Below are positions 1-13,928 of a stretch of 33,163 bases of DNA, piece by piece. The position numbers were made by a program, and so were the translations under genes. The stretch is from Ionaspis alba. Lineage: Eukaryota. The notes beneath the pieces were generated by a model, which saw nothing but the letters and a program-made list of their open reading frames with translations, did not search any database and was not told the origin of the DNA. Position 1 is the first letter of the stretch. Each line of letters starts with the position of its first letter. The stretch spans positions 1 through 33,163 of the forward strand of contig CAXUUL010000095.1 in the NCBI GenBank assembly GCA_964255285.1. The letters run 5' to 3'.

Positions 1-432
1 ATGATAGGAACGCGATGCGTAGGAATTCAATAACGTGGTAAGCCCTGGAGGGAGTTGTACAGATTCTGACCGATTTCACCTTGGGCATCGCTGGTAGGAC
101 TCATTGAAGATGGCCAACGTTCATACACATTGTGGAGCAGAAGTGCGCAATCGTTATCAAATGAACTCTTCTATTCCTGTCTTTCACAAAGAGCAAGACC
201 TTCATGGTTCGTAGGTTGCTGTCAAGCAACAAAACGTAGGCTTAGCTCCACCGCCTTCCAAACTCCTCGTTCTGGTGCGCCCATCATGTTTCGGTGTACT
301 GGCTCCACCTGGCTCTCCAGGATACATTCCCAGTCCCTACCGATGATCCGAGCCTAGATATGCGATATCGTGATCTATTCTAAGGTCAGACTTTGACCTC
401 GAGGTTCCATCGAGATCCCATTCCGGACCAAA

Positions 433-1411
433 TCAGGAGATCTTCGCCAAATTTCCTCGACGTAAAGCTGTCGATTGGTGCTTGGAACGGCTCTTGGCAT
501 TCTGTCGCTCTGCATGCTCTTGAGCTTTCTTATAGAAGATGCTGCCGTCGTAGACTGCTCGGATATCTTCCTTGCGCATGACGCCATCTTCTGGCCAGAG
601 TAAGAGATAGGTCGCAGTCCCTAAGCCATATCAGATTGTATTCTGTAACGGCTATTGCCAGACGACGTGTGAAGACATACATTCCAAGAAACTTGCAGTC
701 CAACCAAAGAAGTCAAAGACCATACGTTGACCTTTCCAGAGGTCCATCAGATCTCCCCAGCTCAGCCCTCCCTTGTTACCTCTATCGTACTTGGTGAAGA
801 TCTCCTCGAAGTTTTGAGGTCTGTAACGACCCTCGTTGTCATAGGTCATGGTGTCACTGCCATGCTTGTCCTTATAGAGACGAGCCATGTAGATGCGAAA
901 GAAGGGATCCGGGAGTATAGTGGGGCATGTGGGATACGATAAGCCGACATGGATCAGATAAGTAGCGATGGTGGACAAGAGGAATCCCCAGCCATATTCG
1001 CGACAACCGATGTAGGTATCCTGGGGCCAGATGATGCCGTCGTGGTCTCGATCCCAGTAGTCCACATGCTGCATAACGATCTATAGTGGAGATTGAGCTA
1101 AAAGTAAGCAGCTTCTGGAGCACGTATCTTACAGTTTGATCCTGATGGCGTCGGGCATAATCATCTTCTGTTGTGCCATTCGGAGACTCCTTTGAGGGAG
1201 CTATGGTTGCTCTAGCTGTGCCAGGCTCGGTGAGGCGGTCGCCCTTCTTAGGAATATAGGGCGGGCGCTGTTCTGTGACAGCCTGCTCCTGGATGGATGT
1301 CTTGAACGAGACTTGATGAGATCCATTGGTCATTTTGGTGAGCTGACTGTTATCTTCTGAACCCTCGTTGCCGCCACCGATCAAGGTACCGTTCTCCTGC
1401 TGATTATCCAT
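433..1411 (-). CDS. Caleosin / peroxygenase family protein (lipid-droplet, EF-hand, heme); 3 exons 1411-1133, 1080-681, 620-433
   Basis: Spliced translation has QHVDYWDRDHDGIIWPQDTY (His plus EF-hand), a hydrophobic proline-knot region (LSYPTCPTILPDPFFRIY), HGSDT, FEEIFTKYD and C-terminal LLWPEDGVMRKEDIRAVYDGSIF. GT-AG introns at 1132-1081 and 680-621. Stop TGA at 435-433. Confidence 0.9.
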
Positions 1412-2186
1412 GGTTTTGTGCGTGGAAATGAATGAAGGACTGATAATGAAGAATGGACATGGAAGAAAACGGCAGCAAGAAGAGCACTATGTATTGACGA
1501 AATGACGTTGATGCACATCTTTGACATGTGAAGAACTTGCAACGCGTAATTGTAAAATGTCGTCATGCTGAACTGTAAGAGTCTTCTCACAATTCCGATA
1601 TTGTAACTAGCAAAGCACGAGGAACAACATCTATGTCACGCATCAGTCACAATACGTGCAGAATTCTGGATGATATGTTGCAGTCGATCGCTCGGAGAAT
1701 ATCCGCCTTCAAAGGGTGTTGGCAGGGTCCAGCCAGTTATGGTCAACTAGCTATCCTTGGCTAATGAGGGCAAGCCACTCGCCGAATAGAGCAACAACCT
1801 GAATGAAAAGCTAGTATAGATCCGCCAAATGTGTAGTAAAACTGTGTTTGGATAGTATCTCCATATAACAGAAGTCCTGCCCCAAGCCTAATGGAACTTT
1901 GCACGCGGCACTATGACTCGACGAAGCTCTGGAGGTCAAATCCCTATACCAAAGCTGTGGAAGTGGCAGCCTCATTGACATGAAAAAAGAGTATGATTTA
2001 TCGTAAACCGGCTCCAATGCTCATCTAAACACCTCATCAATGCTTCGCTCCTGATCGTGTATCATAGACGTCGCAGCATGCTCTACCCGACGCTGGTCTA
2101 AAGCAAAAGACGATGCAGGCTCCGTATGTCTCCCGCCACCTCCTCGTGAAAGCTTCCCTCATGAATGTCGTTTCCGCAAATCCCAA

Positions 2187-2989
2187 TCACTTCATCACCC
2201 TATCATAATTCTCGCCCCTTACAACTCCGCCACCCATCGACGACCGCACATTCCGCTTGAAACCTTCTCTATTCGATCGCAAATCCTCCGCAGCCTCCTT
2301 ATTGAGTGGATCCGAGGCATTGGGCTCAAGGAATAGAAACTACCCCGTAACAGATCAGTATCAGCGACGTATCCCCTTCTCCCCGTTTCGCCATTCCAAC
2401 CGTCAGGGGAGAGCAAGAACTAACCTGCAACCCCACAATAACCGCATTCAGGTTCAGCACCGGTTTCCAGTCCTCCCTCAAAATATTCAAACACACGTTC
2501 CCCTCGAGATCGATATTAGGGTGATAGATCTTTTGCACGCATTTTACTTTCGGTGGGTCGTGCGGGAAATTCTGGTTGATGGCGAAGTTGAAGGTGAATG
2601 TGCCGCCTTTGTACATGCCTTCGTCGGGGTCGATCGTTAGGGTGAAGTTGAGTATGTCGTCGGGATTGGGGAAGTTAGTGCGCATTGTGCTGCCAAGGGA
2701 GAGCTCCGAGAGATCTGTAGACAGGGCGCGGAAGTCAGCGCGAGTAGTCTTGACAATAGAAGGTAGTAGACCTGGGAAGTTGTGAAGCCCAGATATCGCG
2801 GAGTACACACCTTTCTGTACTCGTAGTTGGGCGGCCGTAACTTTCTTCTTCTTTGCGGCGCCACCATCTGCATTCGCCGCCTTCTGCTGTTCTTGTTTCT
2901 GTGTAACCACTATCAGCACTGCGAAACGAAGATCTAAAGGCCGATAGAGAGCCAGCGAGATGTCGTACCATAGACCATATTTTCAACAT
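2187..2989 (-). CDS. ubc12: NEDD8-conjugating enzyme Ubc12 (E2), 4 exons
   Basis: N-terminus MLKIWSM|KQEQQK...KKKKVTAAQLRVQKD, UBC core with HPNIDLEGNVCLNILREDWKPVL (catalytic Cys), last exon FLFLEPNASDPLNKEAAEDLRSNREGFKRNV...YDRVMK*. GT-AG introns join the ORF pieces. Confidence 0.95.
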
Positions 2990-3897
2990 TTTGTCCTCTT
3001 GTGCCGCTGAGGTCTTAATGGGTCGTCCCGCTGTTTGGGCTGCCCTTTGGTACTTTGGCTAGAGAAAAGTGCAAATCAGGAAAAGAAAAGCTTGCTGGTT
3101 ATTACTTGAGTCGCTAGTACTTAAAGGTGAGTCGAAAGAAAAATGAGATATAGAAAAGTGGTACTGTGAAGCCTGGCAGTTGGTAAGTGAGTGATCGCAT
3201 GCCTACTACGGAAGGTTCCGCCTGGGCGACACAATTTCTGTTTATGTAATCAAATAGCCTTGGCACTTACCGAGCCCTGGAAATTCACATCATTGATTGG
3301 TTTAAATGACGTTCCATCTACGTGAGAGTCTCCCTGCTCCAGGTTATCCGTCTTTGCTTTGCTCACTTTTCCGGAGTAACTTTCAGTCACAGCCTACCTT
3401 CGGCAGCTGACTTCGGATCCCGTTAACAAATCTTCTGCAAGCGCTTCCTTCGACTAAGAGTCTGGTGTCCCAGTACTCCAATGCCTTCCGGTTCCATGAA
3501 CGTCCCATACCCAATAGGGTGATTATAGGACTTTGCACTTTCGCACTGGCACAATCATTTTTGAGACCGAGGACCCTGGAGAGCTTGTACATTCGCGACC
3601 GCAAGAGCGCTCAGAAGCATTCAGGTTGTCAATGACTTCTCAGGAAGAACCACCGTGATACCGAAAATTCATGCATTAACAATCTAGCAACAGAACGCCC
3701 CACGTAAATCCAGCCTTTTTGACAGAGCCGGATTGTAACCAATCGAAAAGAAGTCATTGTACAGGTGATGATAAATGGACAAGCTCGTTTCGGTGCAGGT
3801 ATGACCAGCACTACCAACTTCAGTCCCCCGTGAAAATCATCCTTCTCTGCACTATCCTTACATGTGTACGTCCCCGTGAGCAGGAAGATTGTTCCAT

Positions 3898-6800
3898 CTA
3901 TCTTCGGGCGAAACAGCACATAATACCCGACTTGCCCAAGAACCACGCACATCCCGCAAAGCGGATGAGCGAAAGCACGGCCAGGGCATAAAGGAGAGCA
4001 GAAAAGAAGTATGCGGTTCTGACGGTTGATTGTGACTACAAATTTGTTAGTTGGGTAAGTAGGGATTGAGTGGTCCAGGACTATGCGTACATTGAGAGCG
4101 AACCCATCGAAAGATTCACTAGTGATACCCACAGCGAGGAGAGCATTCGAAAAAATCCAAGCGGTTACGAGCTTAGTCCTGAAACTCTTATAGGAATCCT
4201 CTAGAGTCTTCTTTTCCTCCACCTTAGGCTCAACATAAGGTGTCAGAGCACGCTTCACGGTAACTTCGAAAGCACTGTCGATGTCGGCTTGGGGCTTGTC
4301 CGGCTCCTCGATCACAGCAGTCTTGCCATCGCCCGACTTGGTGGTCTGCGCGGATGGTAGAGCTTCTGCCTTGTCAGATCCTTTAGTTCCCCATGAAACG
4401 TCATGCCAATTGCTGAAAGCGTAGACATTGAGGATATTGACATAGGACGACATGATGAGGAGGTACTGAGGGAACGAAGTAAACATGTGCCAGGGATCCA
4501 GGTACATGAACGATGCCACAAAGTAGAGTCCAAAGGTTGAGGCAAGCGCAACGAGGATAATTCCAGAGCTCCCAGGCGCAAAGAAAGTTTGAAAGAATTT
4601 CGATGCCCCGTCGTTGAAATCAATTTTCGTTGTTTGGCTTCCGGGCAGGAAGGCCGACGCAACAAGGTACATTGCCAAGATGATCAAATAGAGTTGGATG
4701 AACCCAAAGACAACGAAGGAAGTCACATAAGTCCATTTGGAGCTAACGGCCGGTCAGCAAAAAGATCTAGAGAGGGAAAGAATCCAACCATACCCTTTTG
4801 GTCTGTTTCCCAGGGCAAGGATAAATTGAAGAAGCACGAAGGCCAGGTACAGATACTTGAGGGCCGTGTTAAAATTTGGCGTTACAGTGTCCCCAAAGGG
4901 CCAAGCGTGTTTGTTCTGACTCGCATCCACGTGTCCAACCAGATCCATGATCACAGAGGTTGTAAGCCAATAAGCAGCTTGTTTAGGAGTTAGTATTGAT
5001 TTTTCAGAAGTATGACTTAGGGGGTTGGATTTGGGGGGTATGTACCTAACGAGAACCATGCCAACACAACGGAGAAGATGTTGTAGATCAACTGGATATG
5101 AAAGAAGAACATTCGAAGGATGTTGTGACCGGATTTGTACATTCTCGAGAAATGAATCAATGAGTAAATGGTGGCAGCGAAGGAACCGTTGAGCCATCTT
5201 CGTCGCTGACCAATGAACTCTGCAGCACCTTCAGGAACGTCGGTCTCACCCTTGGAAGCTTTCACATAGGTCAGATGCCATTTGGAACCAGCTTTTGCGA
5301 CCAATTCGAAACACAAGATACGATCCTCAGCCAAGAACATGTTCTTCTTGAAAATGTTCATTCCCTCGATACCCTTCTTTCCCAGCTGCTTGGAAAGTGT
5401 ATGGTCTCCGTGGAAGTACTGCTCCAAAGGTCTTCCCATGATGGCTCGGAACCGGTATGCGGAGAAGGCTCCGGGCAACACACTGACATAACCAAACGAA
5501 CTCTCCAACGGTTTGTCCAGGATATTACTGATCTTGTATTCGAAGTTCTGCGCAGCCACAAGCGGATTGAGCAGATTCTTCCATCCCTTTCCCAACATAG
5601 CGTGGATTTCTCCACACGCCCCACCAAGATCTTTGTCGTTGTAGAAAGCTTCCCAAAGAGCCAAGAGAGATTTTGTACCGGGCTTCGTCCCGGCATCAAG
5701 AAGAATGCAGACCTCTGGATTTAAGATTCGTCCGAAAGCATTGAAGAGCCATCTATGGGAGTTGATTTTCTTGCTGTTCTTCTGTTTGAGACAAAATATC
5801 ATTTGCACCGGGGGAAGTGTACTTGGACCATCGTCGTGCGGACGAATGAGCTGTTGGTTTGGAGTTACGGAAAGCTGCGTGGTGTATTCGAACTGTAACA
5901 GGATGAGCACGCGACTGTGTTTGCGGTGGCGGGGTGTACTTACAATGTGTGCAGTGGTTTCCTTGCCATCGACATCCTTCTTCATCACACCATCTTGGAA
6001 AATACCAATGGTAGCGAGGACATCAAGGGTATCTTTGTCACAAGGATCAATTCCATCGAAAACCAAGCAGACCACAATTTTCTGCCAAGCAGGGCCGCCC
6101 TTGTTCCAGAACTCCGATCTCTTCAAATTAACAATGTCTCGAATGTTTTGCATGACGCCGTGTAAGGTACGTGCGGTGAGAACCTTGTCTTCGTTGTAAT
6201 AGGTGATGGCAATTAGAAGCTCGGTGTGTCTGTTGTACATAGCTGGTCGTAGATTATAGCCATTCTTCAACGTATACTCATTAGGGTCACAAGTGGCAGC
6301 AGTATCTAGAGAAAGTCAATTCAGGATCTCTGGAGTATTTTGCACCGAGGGAGTCTATACATCTCATGTGCGTGAATTCCTCGCTGCCACCTTCGAGGTC
6401 GTTCCGATATTTTGCCTGTACAGCATTTTGGATCGCGCTGGGCACCGGATAATCAACACTCAAGACCGAACCCTGGACGAGCTTGACTTTTCGTGTTGCA
6501 TATCGCTTCAGGGTGGTCGCTGCTGGTGCTTGTCGTTGTCGCCATCCTTCGGTCGAGCTGGTCTCACTTCTTGAGTATGGAGATGGAGCGCGGCCAGGAA
6601 CACCGAACGCCGCTCCCGGATCGTCTAGAGTGGTGCCAGAGAAGCCACCATGCCCACCACTATAGGGATCGTGATATGATGGGACGTTGGAGGCAGCATC
6701 AGCATCGTACGTCTCGGTCAGATTGTACGACGCTGGCCGTTGATTCCCGGGCGGTGTGCCCAAACGGTTGTGTTCGTCGAATGGCCCGTTGAAAGGACCA

Positions 6801-6979
6801 CCTTGATTGTGATGAAGTAGGGCACTTTGGGCTTCATCTTCATGATATTGCTAGTTGAGAGATCATAGTGAGCAATGGTCTGTGGAGGTGATGGTGAAAA
6901 CACATACACTGGGCAGATCGTGCAACTGGTGGTCGTCGTGGAAGCCGCCCGGTCCTCCTCCTGGCCCTTGGTAGGCCAT
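3898..6979 (-). CDS. chsB: Chitin synthase, class III (ChsB/Chs-1 type), multi-exon
   Basis: Start [23 protein letters not shown]. Class III hallmark [32 protein letters not shown]. Catalytic motifs [35 protein letters not shown]. Transmembrane C-terminus ending GIMCCFARR* (TAG 3900-3898). Confidence 0.93.
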
Positions 6980-9038
6980 TATGGACAAGGTTTATGAGAG
7001 TCAAGTCGAAGCAGTAACAAAGTTGCCAACAGAGAAGTGACTCTTGATGAAGTGATGATGAGCCTCGAAATGGATGAAATTATGAGCGTGGAGGTTGGAA
7101 GCGGAGGAGCGCGAAGAAGTCTATTAGCTGGCTGACAGCCGTGGGGTCAGGGGTTTTTGGCGGGCGGCCGACGGAGAAAATAGTTTGCAGGCTAACGAGC
7201 GAAGCCTTCAATCCCAAGCCCAGTCAGATTTTAACGGATCTGGGGAGCCAAAAACAGCAAAGCAAAGATGCTGTTGTTGGAAGAAACTGGAGTAAGCTGA
7301 ATGTGTGGAGTAGAGAAGAAGTCGCCTCCCAGGGTGGCTTGTACGAGCCCTGAAGGACCTCTCCTTATGCTAGTCCGGACTGGGACGATGAGGCAGTACG
7401 AGTAGCAATGAGCCTTCATGAAAGAATCCTCCGTAGTTGGGAAGGGACAGGAGGAAGGCTGTTCCACCGAAATTCACAGACGAGAGCCGTTGCAATCTAC
7501 AGTAGCAGCCACATGGGCACAAGTTTGATGATAATCAGGGCTCGCAGTGGCCAGTGATTCAAGGTGGGAAAAGGAGCATGTCAACCTTGTCACCGCGCGT
7601 TTCATTGTCTCGAAATTGTCGGCGACCGCGCAGGCCGAGTGGATGGGGTGCAGGTCTATTTTGAGACAGTTTCACCATTCCCGCTTCAGCTCTAGTGTAT
7701 TTTTGGCCTTTGCCGCGGAGGAAGTGAGCCGCAGAGCCACAGAGCCACAGAGCCTACAAGGCTTTCTCGAATAATCCGAGCATGACTTCTATATCTTCAA
7801 ATACCCAAATTGGAACACCACAAAGATCTCATCATGGTCACCATGATCATCAGCAGCACGAGTTGAGAGCATGTGCCTGGCCGTAAATGAAAGGCAGTCT
7901 CATGTAACGACTGGACCCGTGCTGGCTGCATGGGGGCGCTTTCAGCTCCATTTTTTCAGCTCATGGTCAAGATTCATGCGTGATCGATGGTCAAATCTCT
8001 GTCATGGCTTCGTTATATTCCTCGCCAGAAGCTGGGTAAATTACGGTTTAGCGGTGCTCAATTTGGCTGATTAGAAGTGTTGATTGTTGCCCACTCTGTA
8101 CAATCTATACGTTAAAAAGTGCTTTTAACGTCGAGGATAGCGACCATGTCACCAAGCTAATGAGCTCTCAGCGCAGTGCTTTTTCTGCTGTCCTATGTTC
8201 ACCGCGGAGGTTCACTTTTCTATACTCGCTGTCCTTATTCGAACGTTATACAAGCCATTGAGCAAATTTGGTCATCACTTGGACATTTGTCTCCCATTTC
8301 CCTCCTCTTCGCTTTCGATTTTCTGCCAGGCGCATTTTCAATTGAGGATCCATTCAGATACGAATCGCAATGACCGTTCACATATAGTCTTACCATGTTT
8401 GTTGGCCTACACCAGGCACTAAAGTCATGATGCGGACATCCATTCCCTATATTCTCAAAGTGCAGGTGGTGCAAGTGTTCCACATGGTCTGTGGGTGCTC
8501 CACGCACCTGCCTTCCTCTTCCAAGATTGCACACTTGAGAACCGAGTGTGTAGAAGCATGTCCTCTAGCGATCCTGTGACCAGGACTTTTCGAGGTTGTT
8601 AGGGAGCACAGCCAACCACACCGTCAACATATACTCGATTTGGCAACAGGATAATTGAACGACAGAGCATTGAGTTGTGATAGGCGCCTAGGCATCTCCT
8701 TGACCCAGTCCATGGCTCTTTCAATACGAGCAATGCAATCCTAGATCGATGTACCAATATTCCATCGCACGGCACAACCTCGCTTCTAACGGTCCAGGCC
8801 GTCACCGTTAGATGCACGAAAGATCGAACTACATCCGCTAATGCTAAATTAGTCGCCAAGTCCTCAAAATCACCAATAGCTGCACGACTTTGGCGAGACG
8901 ACCGTTATACAAGCCCAAGGCGGCCGCCAAGGTCTTTACTACTGTCACGTTGTTGCGATTTGGTTTGCGCATTTAGTCGCACATCATTTCTACATGTCGG
9001 TTTCTCGATATCTCCAGTTTTCGTCAAGAAATCCATAA

Positions 9039-9527
9039 ATTCCCCGCGCGCCTCCTCACACTGCCTTCAAAGTTCGATCAGCTCAACTCGAATCTCGCTG
9101 CCTCCTCCCAGAACCTGGCCAGCCTGAGCCAATCTATCACCCACCTGCAACGCGCACTCCCACTCCAACTCCCACTGTGGCACCGAGCACGCCCATCTCT
9201 GCCAAAGCAATCGTTTACCCCGTCTCCAGCTGCGCCTATTCTCCAAGCCAGGTCTATACATTCGCCTACGATCAATGCATCGACTTCGGTAGCGCCAAAG
9301 CCAGTTTCCGTTTTGGAGAGACGACCGGCACGCAATCTTGCTACTTCCATGCTTTCTCGGGGAGTAATTGTCAAGGGTATACGCGCTTCTGGGCAGCGGC
9401 GGGCTCGAACAGCGGTCCTATGGTTGATCAAGAGTACTGTAACACTCCAACTGCTGGAGTGTTCTACAGCGCACGTCTAGCGTGCTCGACCGGGCCATCA
9501 ATGGATAATGGACAGTATTGGACCTGA
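9039..9527 (+). other. Orphan open frame: Pro/Thr linker plus small 6-Cys domain; looks like a secreted protein but start is unresolved (possible gene relic)
   Basis: Open frame 9039-9527 reads ...LESRCLLPEPGQPEPIYHPPATRTPTPTPTVAPSTP followed by a ~95-aa domain with 6 Cys (SSC, DQC, QSC, SNC, EYC, LAC). An in-frame ATG at 8994 is cut off by TAA at 9036. No signal-peptide exon found. Confidence 0.45.
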
Positions 9528-10529
9528 TAAGTCAAGTTGCTTTCGGATCTTGGTGTTCGAGGGTAATGGAGACTGGACATTCATAGTCCACAACGTTAAG
9601 AGCTTCAATGGTTCGGACTGGATCATGTATTGAACGAATTGCATTAGAAAGTACATAGGTCATGAAATATACACGCGTCTCGTTTCTGACAAGCAAGGAG
9701 ATGTTCCCCTTTTCTCCACCCACGTGAGACTTGAGAAATCGTCTTTGCGTCTGCAATCTATATTCTGTCAATCTTCAATCCAGTGCTGTAACTGCGCGAG
9801 GGCGTCCAGAATGGCTGCTCCTAAGTCGAATGCAGGGATAATGTCTAAATCACTGCACTCTTCCGAGCCGAAGATGACCCCACGTATCATGATTCCACTG
9901 TAATAACTCAGTCTCGGTTATTACTTCGGTAGGACACGTCTCAAGAACTCCACGGCATTCCACAGTCTTCTAGATATAGAGGCGATGAAAGGGGTTTGAC
10001 AATCGAGAACTATGCTCTGTATAACCTTTATCTCTTCCCCGACACGTCCTTATATTGTATCCAAGTCCCTCCACCTAGGTTCACCAGCGAGGCTTTACCA
10101 TTATTATTTTAGACTTGGTACGTATGACCTCTTGTTACAATCGTGGACGGTCAGATCGGAAGCTTCTTCGAGGGTAGAAACTGAACAAACCTGTATTCAA
10201 TCTCAATGTATTACCTGTGTACTTCAAAGTTTTGACTCGTCTTAGCCTCCCTATACAGCAGGAGGTTATCGGAGGACACCATGCGGAGGTACGAGTCGTC
10301 GTCCTCTTCCAATATCCGGGGTCCGAATCGCAAAAAAATTGATCGAAGGGCCCCGGAAACCGCTCAGTCGGGTAAGGTCCGGATTCGAGAAGCACCAGGA
10401 CCAAAACAGTTTGACGATCCTATTATTGACAAGTTTAAGAGCATGATTTATCTTTGGCTGGCTGACCACACGCTGAAACATCTTCTGATTCCGACAGATT
10501 GAGAAGTTGTGCCTGCAATAATAATAATA

Positions 10530-12298
10530 ATGGATTTATTGCACACGAAAGGCCTCGCACAAGTCGAGCAACTTCTTCAACCGAGCTTACCTAAGCAAAT
10601 CGTCGTTGCCCTTGGGCTCGGTGTGAGTATCACGTGCCCCGTATGCGATGTTCTTGCTGCATCTCACATCCTCCAGTACCTCGTCTACAGACTCATTGTT
10701 GCTGTGTCCAACCACATCCACCATCCCCTATACAAGTTTCCCGGTCCGCCAATCGCAGCATGGAGCAATGCTCTCCATTCGTTTTACTTTCTCAGCGGCC
10801 GCCAACCCTACAAAATCCTTGCGCTGCATATGAAATACGGACCTATTGTACGTACCGCGCCCAATGAATTGTCGTTTACCAGCGTCGGTAGCTGGAAAGA
10901 CATCTATGGCTTTCGTCAAGGGCACTTGCCATTCATCAAAAGCGAGTTTTATGATGGCGGCTCCTTTGCCGATCAAGCACATAGCATTGTGAGCGAACGA
11001 GATCCAACGGTGCATGCAAGGATGAGGAAATATCTGAGCCATGCTTTCAGCGACCGGAGTTTGAAAGAGCAGGAAGATCTTGTTGCCGAGGTTGTGGATT
11101 TGTTCATTCAACAGATTGGCATGCATGGGAACTGTGACGAGGGAACAGATATGGTGATGTGGTTCAATCTGACCACGTTTGATATCATTGGGAGTTTGGC
11201 ATTTGGAGAGACTTTTGGGGGCTTAGAATCTGGTATATCTGCCTTGAAGATCTGCTTTCTATTATTCGCAGGACCCTTATTAATCCGAATGCAGGCAAAT
11301 TTCACTTTTGGATTGGTCTTGTCACCGCTGCTCTTCGCCAGGGCGCTCTGGCCGACTTCTTCAATCGCTTTCCGTTGTTCCGAAAAGTGTTCCTCACGAT
11401 AATGCCGCAAGCAATGGATCGACTGATTCAAGATACGCGGGCCCACGAAGCCCATACTATGAAGCTTGTGGAAAAGTAAGTCGTTGCTTCATCATTTGAG
11501 CGACAACCTCCTCCTAACTAATTGTCGGCAACAGACGCATATCCAAACCTAGTGCTCGTGGCGACTTTCTAACCCGCGTACTCGAGAACCGCGACGCCGA
11601 TCAAATCTCGGACGTGCAAATCGCCGCCCACGCATCCGACTTTGTGACGGCCGGCAGCGAAACGACAGCCACCTGTCTATCATGCATAACATACTACCTC
11701 GTTCGCGACGCTTCCATCATGTCGAAACTGCAAACCGAGATCCGCACAGCCTTCTCCTCCTACGACCAGATCGACGCCACCTCCACCATCCCCCTCAAGT
11801 ACCTGCATGCCGTCGCCCTCGAGGGAATGAGAATCTACGCACCTCTCCCTTTCGCCCTACCCCGTGTCGTGCCTGAAGGCGGCGACACCGTGGAGGGGCA
11901 CTTTCTTCCTGCAGGGGTGGGACCACTCCTCGCCCTCATGTCCTTCCATCCTTATGCTAATGCGGGCGATCTCCTAGACCATTGTCTCCACCAACCCTGT
12001 CGCCGCCTCCCTCTCCCCGGCCAACTTCTCGCGCCCACTCGTCTTCGACCCCGAGCGTTGGCTCGGTCTCAACGAGAAGGATCTTTTGGCCGCCGCGCAG
12101 CCTTTCTCACTGGGGCCGAGGGGCTGTCTGGGCCGGAGTTTGGCGTGGATCGAGCTGCGCACAATTCTGGCTAAACTGTTTTGGACATACGACTTGCAGT
12201 TGCTGGATCCCGGGCTGGATTGGCATCGGGACAGCAGGATGCAGACCCTTTGGAAAAAGCCTGTGTTGAGGACTAAGGTCACTCCGAGGGTGGGCTGA
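10530..12298 (+). CDS. Cytochrome P450 (Tri11/CYP65-like), 5 exons
   Basis: N-terminal anchor, HPLYKFPGP, PNELSF...SWKDIYG, TFDIIGSLAFGE, I-helix AGSETT, K-helix EGMR, FDPERW, heme motif FSLGPRGCLG. First intron 10623-10676 is in-frame. Stop TGA at 12296-12298. Confidence 0.92.
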
Positions 12299-12529
12299 AG
12301 GGATCGACGAGTTCGAATCGGGTGGGATTGGAATAAGATTGCCACGTGTTGTGGACATGTTGCGGTTATAGAAATTCATTGTTGATAGACGCCTCCTCTA
12401 CGAGTACCATGATCCAATTCTATATTTATTACAATCATTCAAGCGAATTAGAAACAATGGAATTAATGTGTGGGCGACCACTTTGCATTGTATCTTTCTA
12501 GAGATGCAAATAGAGATCTTCGAAAACGT

Positions 12530-13714
12530 TTAAGCCTCCCCGAATTTACTGCCTGTTAACTTTTCGCTCAACTTCCATAGCCGATCGGCACTAGCAGGGT
12601 CCGTGGCATAACTGACGGGCAATTAGTTATGTTTTGAACAAGTGCGGAAAGGTTCGTATACTCTGGTAGATCATCTTGAGCAACACAATCACGGACGCAA
12701 GCACCAGACTGCTTGGTCAGCGTAGGGTCCAAAGCGGCCACGAGAATCGAAGCACAGCCTTGCTGTAAAGATTTGCCGGACTCGGACTGAAATGGTTTCC
12801 CTTGAACAGCTTCTTAGATCAATTAAATCAAAGAAAAGCGTGATTGGCCATACCCAGGACTTTCTCGCGTTCTTGAGTCAGCTTCCATGCTGCACCAAAT
12901 GACGCCGAATCGGCGTGTCTTGTGAGATTGGTCGGAAGGACTGTATTCCTATGAGCAAGATGACGAGGTACGGGGGATCAGGTGATAGCTATATACCACC
13001 AGGATGAGCAGCAAACGCAGAGATGCCGTAGTCCTTGAACCTTTGCGTGAGGCCAACTCCGAAGAGAACGTTTGCGGTTTTGGATTGCCCGTAGCCTTTC
13101 CACGGATGATAGGCCTTGCCGTCCTCAAAATTCCAATCGTCGAACCTGACTTCGGAGAGGGTGTACGCTGTACTTGTGACACTCACCACTCTCCCTTGAC
13201 CTCCGACTCTTAACAGATCCATCAGTAGACCCGTGAGCAGGAAGTGTCCCACATGGTTGGTCCCGAACTGTGCCTCGATACCTTCCTTCGTTTTCTGCAT
13301 CTCAGGCAGCGCCATGATGGCGGCATTGTTGATCAAGACATCCAATTTCTTCGTATGTTCATGGATCTCCGTTGACGCTGCCTTGATCGATGCTTGATCC
13401 GCGAGATCTAACTTCACAAACTGTACTTTGGTTTTAGGAGATGATCTTGCGATCTCGGCGATGACGGATTCAATTTTGCTGAGGTCACGTCCGAGGAGGA
13501 AGAGCTGCCTGGGTTTTCCCGCGGCGAGAGAGAGCGCGATTTCGGCGCCCAGCCCGCCGGAACTGGGACCAGTAATAGCGACTAGTCGGGGGGAACTGAG
13601 CTAGAGGCAAAGCCGAGCTGGTGGACGGAAGGACTCACTTGATTTTCCAAATACCTGCTCCGCGAAAGTGGCCACAACTTCTCTTCCTGTGGTTGAGAAG
13701 GAAAATCGGACCAT
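12530..13714 (-). CDS. Short-chain dehydrogenase/reductase (retinol-DH/WWOX-like, Prx1-like), 5 exons
   Basis: MVRFSFSTTGREVV start, TGPSSGGLG Rossmann motif, LINNAAIMA, FGTNHVGHFLLT, catalytic YGQSK, HPG, C-terminal ADRLWKLSEKL. Stop TAA at 12532-12530. Confidence 0.9.
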
Positions 13715-13916
13715 GTTTACGAGGTCGAAATGTTCAAGTGAAGGGTAGTCTTGAGGCGAACTGAGTGTATTTCGAGCTCGAGCTTCGCGTATGAGACGGC
13801 AGGACTGGTTCACTGGATCAACAAAACCTGGAAGCACGAAGGAGATTAGAGGGAAGAGGAAGATGACTGCTGTGATCTCTGATGTTCGGATGTGCATAGA
13901 TGACGATGACAACAGT

Positions 13917-13928
13917 CGGAATGTTCGA
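13917..13928. promoter_or_regulatory. Candidate Zn2Cys6 site CGGAATGTTCGA in the divergent SDR/P450 promoter
   Basis: Variant of the CGG-N6-CCG motif seen at 20776 and 22655. About 200 and 235 bp upstream of the two divergent ATGs. Confidence 0.25.

Noticed and set aside
433..1411. Caleosin/peroxygenase as a cluster member
   Set aside because: Separated from the cluster by two housekeeping genes and about 9 kb; nothing in the sequence suggests co-regulation.
7727..7755. Short tandem repeat of (AGAGCCAC)-like units
   Set aside because: About three imperfect copies of a microsatellite-type unit with no spacers; not CRISPR-like and not informative.
7000..8990. Several 60-100 aa ORFs upstream of chitin synthase
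   Set aside because: No motifs, splice-consistent models or coding-like composition; probably the long chs promoter/5' UTR and intergenic DNA.
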